A stretch of 53,547 bases of DNA, filler included, from Catajapyx aquilonaris (Eukaryota): the NCBI GenBank assembly GCA_000934665.2. It is 3 parts of 3 records of this genome, joined end to end, with 100 filler letters (N's around TTAATTAATTAA, not from the genome) between each part and the next. Parts side by side here need not be neighbours in the genome. Positions count along the whole stretch, not along the records: positions 35,794 to 53,547 come from JYFJ02006877.1; 2 more parts are not named here. One strand, written 5' to 3'. Each line of letters starts with the position of its first letter. Position 1 is the stretch's first letter. This document shows, one piece after another, positions 50,601 through 53,547 of the stretch. The notes under the pieces are model-generated. The model made no database searches. It worked only from the letters and a program-made list of their open reading frames with translations, and was not told the origin of the DNA. Both the position numbers and the translations under genes were made by a program.

Positions 50601-51879
50601 TGGACAATACTTTTTTTTTTGTATTCGCGAGGGGCGGACATTGATGAATGATGGAAGCTTTGGGCCATATATAAATACAGTACCTCTACCAACAGGAGCT
50701 AGTCAGATTGAACATGATCCTATCCCCCTACCCCCACCCAATTTTGCTTCCCATCCGCTCTTTGTGCCAATGGACACCAAAACGTAGTGGCCAATCGGGC
50801 GCATCCTGTGACCCAACTTGCCCATAATCCTTTGCACCCCGGATGACGTGATTGGGAGTGTCACCCCCACTGACAGCTTAGCTTGGGAAGGATGCAAATG
50901 CGCTTAATGGAGTCATTGAATAACATTAAAATATAAGGGAGGGGATTGTCACTGTAACAGTGTTGACAGATGACATAATTGCTTTTATTACGAGATCCAG
51001 GCCACCCTTGTTTAGAGTTTACATGGGCTTTTTCATCAGAGTTACTTATGGTTTTTTAAATAAAAAAAGACAGTTACTGTGTATAAGAGAATGGGGCTCA
51101 GCAAGAAAATTACAGTACATTAAATAGGTGCTGTATTTTCTTGTATAGGTGCAAGATGGGCAGTCCTCTCTGGGCATGGGGATTCTCCACAATAAAAGTA
51201 GGCTATGGCCTAGCGAGAAGGAGATCTTGGTAAGTTTCTTTGTCTCCTTTTTTGGTTTGACCAACCGCAATATATAACTCGCTTATGCTTCATGAATCTT
51301 CCACAAAAATATGTGGTGGCAGTTTTTTTAATGATTGGACTAACCATGCTTAACGTTTGTGGCTTGATTGGAATGGACTGACCCCATAATGTATGGTATG
51401 GTGTAAGAACAATCTTGAAACATATCTGGTAATTTGTACTCTACCGTTGAGATATACAGGGACTGGTCTGTGATTTTTTTTTAAGGGAGTTGGGGTGAAT
51501 ATTTTCTTGCCGGCTCTTTTTTTTTCTTTCTGAGTCTCCAGCCATTTTGTACCCATAACCCTCCTCTCTTTTCCGTGACGGGTTATCCAATTATCATTTT
51601 TAATCTTTTTTTTCTTCTTTATTCCTTTCCTGTCAGTCTTCCGCAGACCGGTAAAGACTGCGGGCAATGGTGCCACGTTTCTGGAGGGCTTGTTTGTGCA
51701 GTGTGTCTTGGTATGTGGTGTAAGTCTATAAATGTCGTGCTGAGTTATATTTGCATGCCGATAACAAAACTAGGATCATTCTGAACACGAAGTTTGAAAA
51801 ATGCACATATACCGTTGCATTTATGTAATAATATTGTGTTAAGCAGTGTATATCTTCATGTGATTGTGTCGCCGACCTA

Positions 51880-52166
51880 CTCTCTAAAAAAAGAAGAGTT
51901 AAATTAACTCTTTTAAACCTTGAAAGTGGTCATTACCAAAAATGAGTTATAATAACTCTTTGCTGGAGTTCAAACAACTCTTTTAGTTCATTTCATCCTC
52001 CGAAAGAGTTAATGAATAACTCTTTTGGAGGATGAAATGAACTAAAAAAAAATGAACTCCAGCGAAAGAGTTATTATAACTCATTTTTGGTAATGACCAC
52101 TTTCAAGGTTAAAAGAGTTAAAAAGAACCCAACTTGAGCTTTTTTAACTCTATTTTTTTTAGAGAG
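51880..52166. mobile_element. 287-bp almost fully palindromic MITE (CACTA/EnSpm-like termini)
   Basis: Ends CTCTCTAAAAAAA / TTTTTTTTAGAGAG; long inverted arms built from AAGAGTTA/TAACTCTT motifs; TSD not clear. Confidence 0.75.
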
Positions 52167-53547
52167 ATATTACTGTACCGGATAATTTACACTAATTATG
52201 TGCAAGAAGAAAATGTTATTGAAGTCTTACATGCTGCCTCTGCCTACCCTGAGGTCTTCATTTTCTTTCATATGCTGCGTACTAACTGGACAAAGACCAA
52301 CTTTAAAAAGTGCTTAGTGAAATACAATTTAAAATTAACAATAAAACACAAAGCAGATATCTGAAAAGGCATTTATTAAGTGTATTAATTATGGACTGCT
52401 CCAAAATATAATACTGTTTTCCTACTTCACATGCAAAGAACACTGAGGATGACCTTAAGCGTATCTTACATGCGGTTTCTATATGGCTTATGTTATGTGA
52501 TCCAATATTGATTTACCCATTTTAGGTATCGAGTTTTAGCACTAAGCTGCACATTGTAAGCAGTTACTTTTGCATAGTTTTAGTAGTTATAGAAAGTATC
52601 AGGTCTAATATTATTTTTAAATGCCTGAATAGTGTTTTGGCCTGCAAAAATGGATTCAGTCACTGAAGATCGATAACAATATTGTTCCAGCAATAGCCCA
52701 TCCCAAATAGAAAATTCATTTCAGTTATTCACAGCTTGGATAGTTGATTTAATTCGGCCTAAAATTAGTCGCTAATACTAATGATAACCGCTACAAGTAG
52801 CCCCTTGAAAATAAACTGTTTAGTGCAAAAAATTGTTAACTGAAACATATAATTTAATTGGATCACCCTGCATATAAGGTGAAATCGTCATAGCATGTGT
52901 AGGCAAACTAGGCTGTTATTGATTTGCAGAGCTGTACGTATGTGAATGCCAGTATCTGACAAGAAATGTAACGAGAAGTAGGCTATTAATTAGCTTTACT
53001 TAATTATTAGTTCCTGTTATGGCCCACCGTTATTTATACTGAGTCCGTAATGGAAAATGGCACATTGCCTATTGCCAACGCTTACAAGTTACTGTAGCAG
53101 TTTAATTTTTTATTTACAATACGGTATGTATAAAATGCAAATATTAAGTGGCTAAAAATTAAAGTGAATTCTAATTTTTCCTACAGTGTTTTGAAAGACG
53201 CCAACAGGTTTTGAAAATCGACCTGAAAGCGTTGCTGGATTATTTTTCTTATGCAATGAAAGTAACAAGAAACAGCATACAATTACTTAATATTTGACGC
53301 ACTGTCCTATGAGTAAATTGCTTAATAAGTTATGCATCGAGCCTCAAGCCCTGTCACAACATACTGAGAAAGTGTTTATGAGAGTCATAAGCTATACTGC
53401 ACACATTGCGGAATAAATACGAGACAGGAAGACGCAGAAAAGACTAGGAGATTCAAAGACCCGAATATCCCCCCTCGGTTTCTAAAATATCGGGTTTCAA
53501 TGCCTTACTCTTCCTTCAAAGGACCTTAGCTCACAAGGAGTTGTCTT

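Overview
Eukaryotic DNA, most likely an insect or other arthropod (spliceosomal introns, a runt orthologue, C2H2 zinc-finger genes, many MITEs and SINEs). Two artificial 100-bp linkers (N44-TTAATTAATTAA-N44 at 17742-17841 and 35694-35793) split the window into three pieces that need not be adjacent in the genome. Piece 1 (1-17741) holds three tandem paralogous two-exon zinc-finger genes, each an acidic exon plus a C2H2 exon. Copy 1 is a pseudogene split by a 2.56-kb Sola2-like DNA transposon that itself carries two nested MITEs, copy 2 looks intact, and copy 3 has a single 1-nt frameshift. A dense transposon field follows (Helitron, SINEs, hAT MITE, 1.33-kb foldback element). Piece 2 (17842-35693) holds the last three coding exons of runt (end of the Runt domain through the VWRPY terminus), its probable 3' UTR, and repeat-rich downstream DNA. 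Piece 3 (35794-53547) is essentially non-coding, with one weak candidate exon pair. I see no convincing wholly new biological system. The best leads are the conserved acidic, SUMO-site-rich exon on the zinc-finger paralogues, the fully reconstructable nested transposon, two different SINEs sitting in duplicated (GTA)n tracts, and a Helitron carrying an RTE-type 5' leader. Family assignments come from remembered motifs and need database confirmation.
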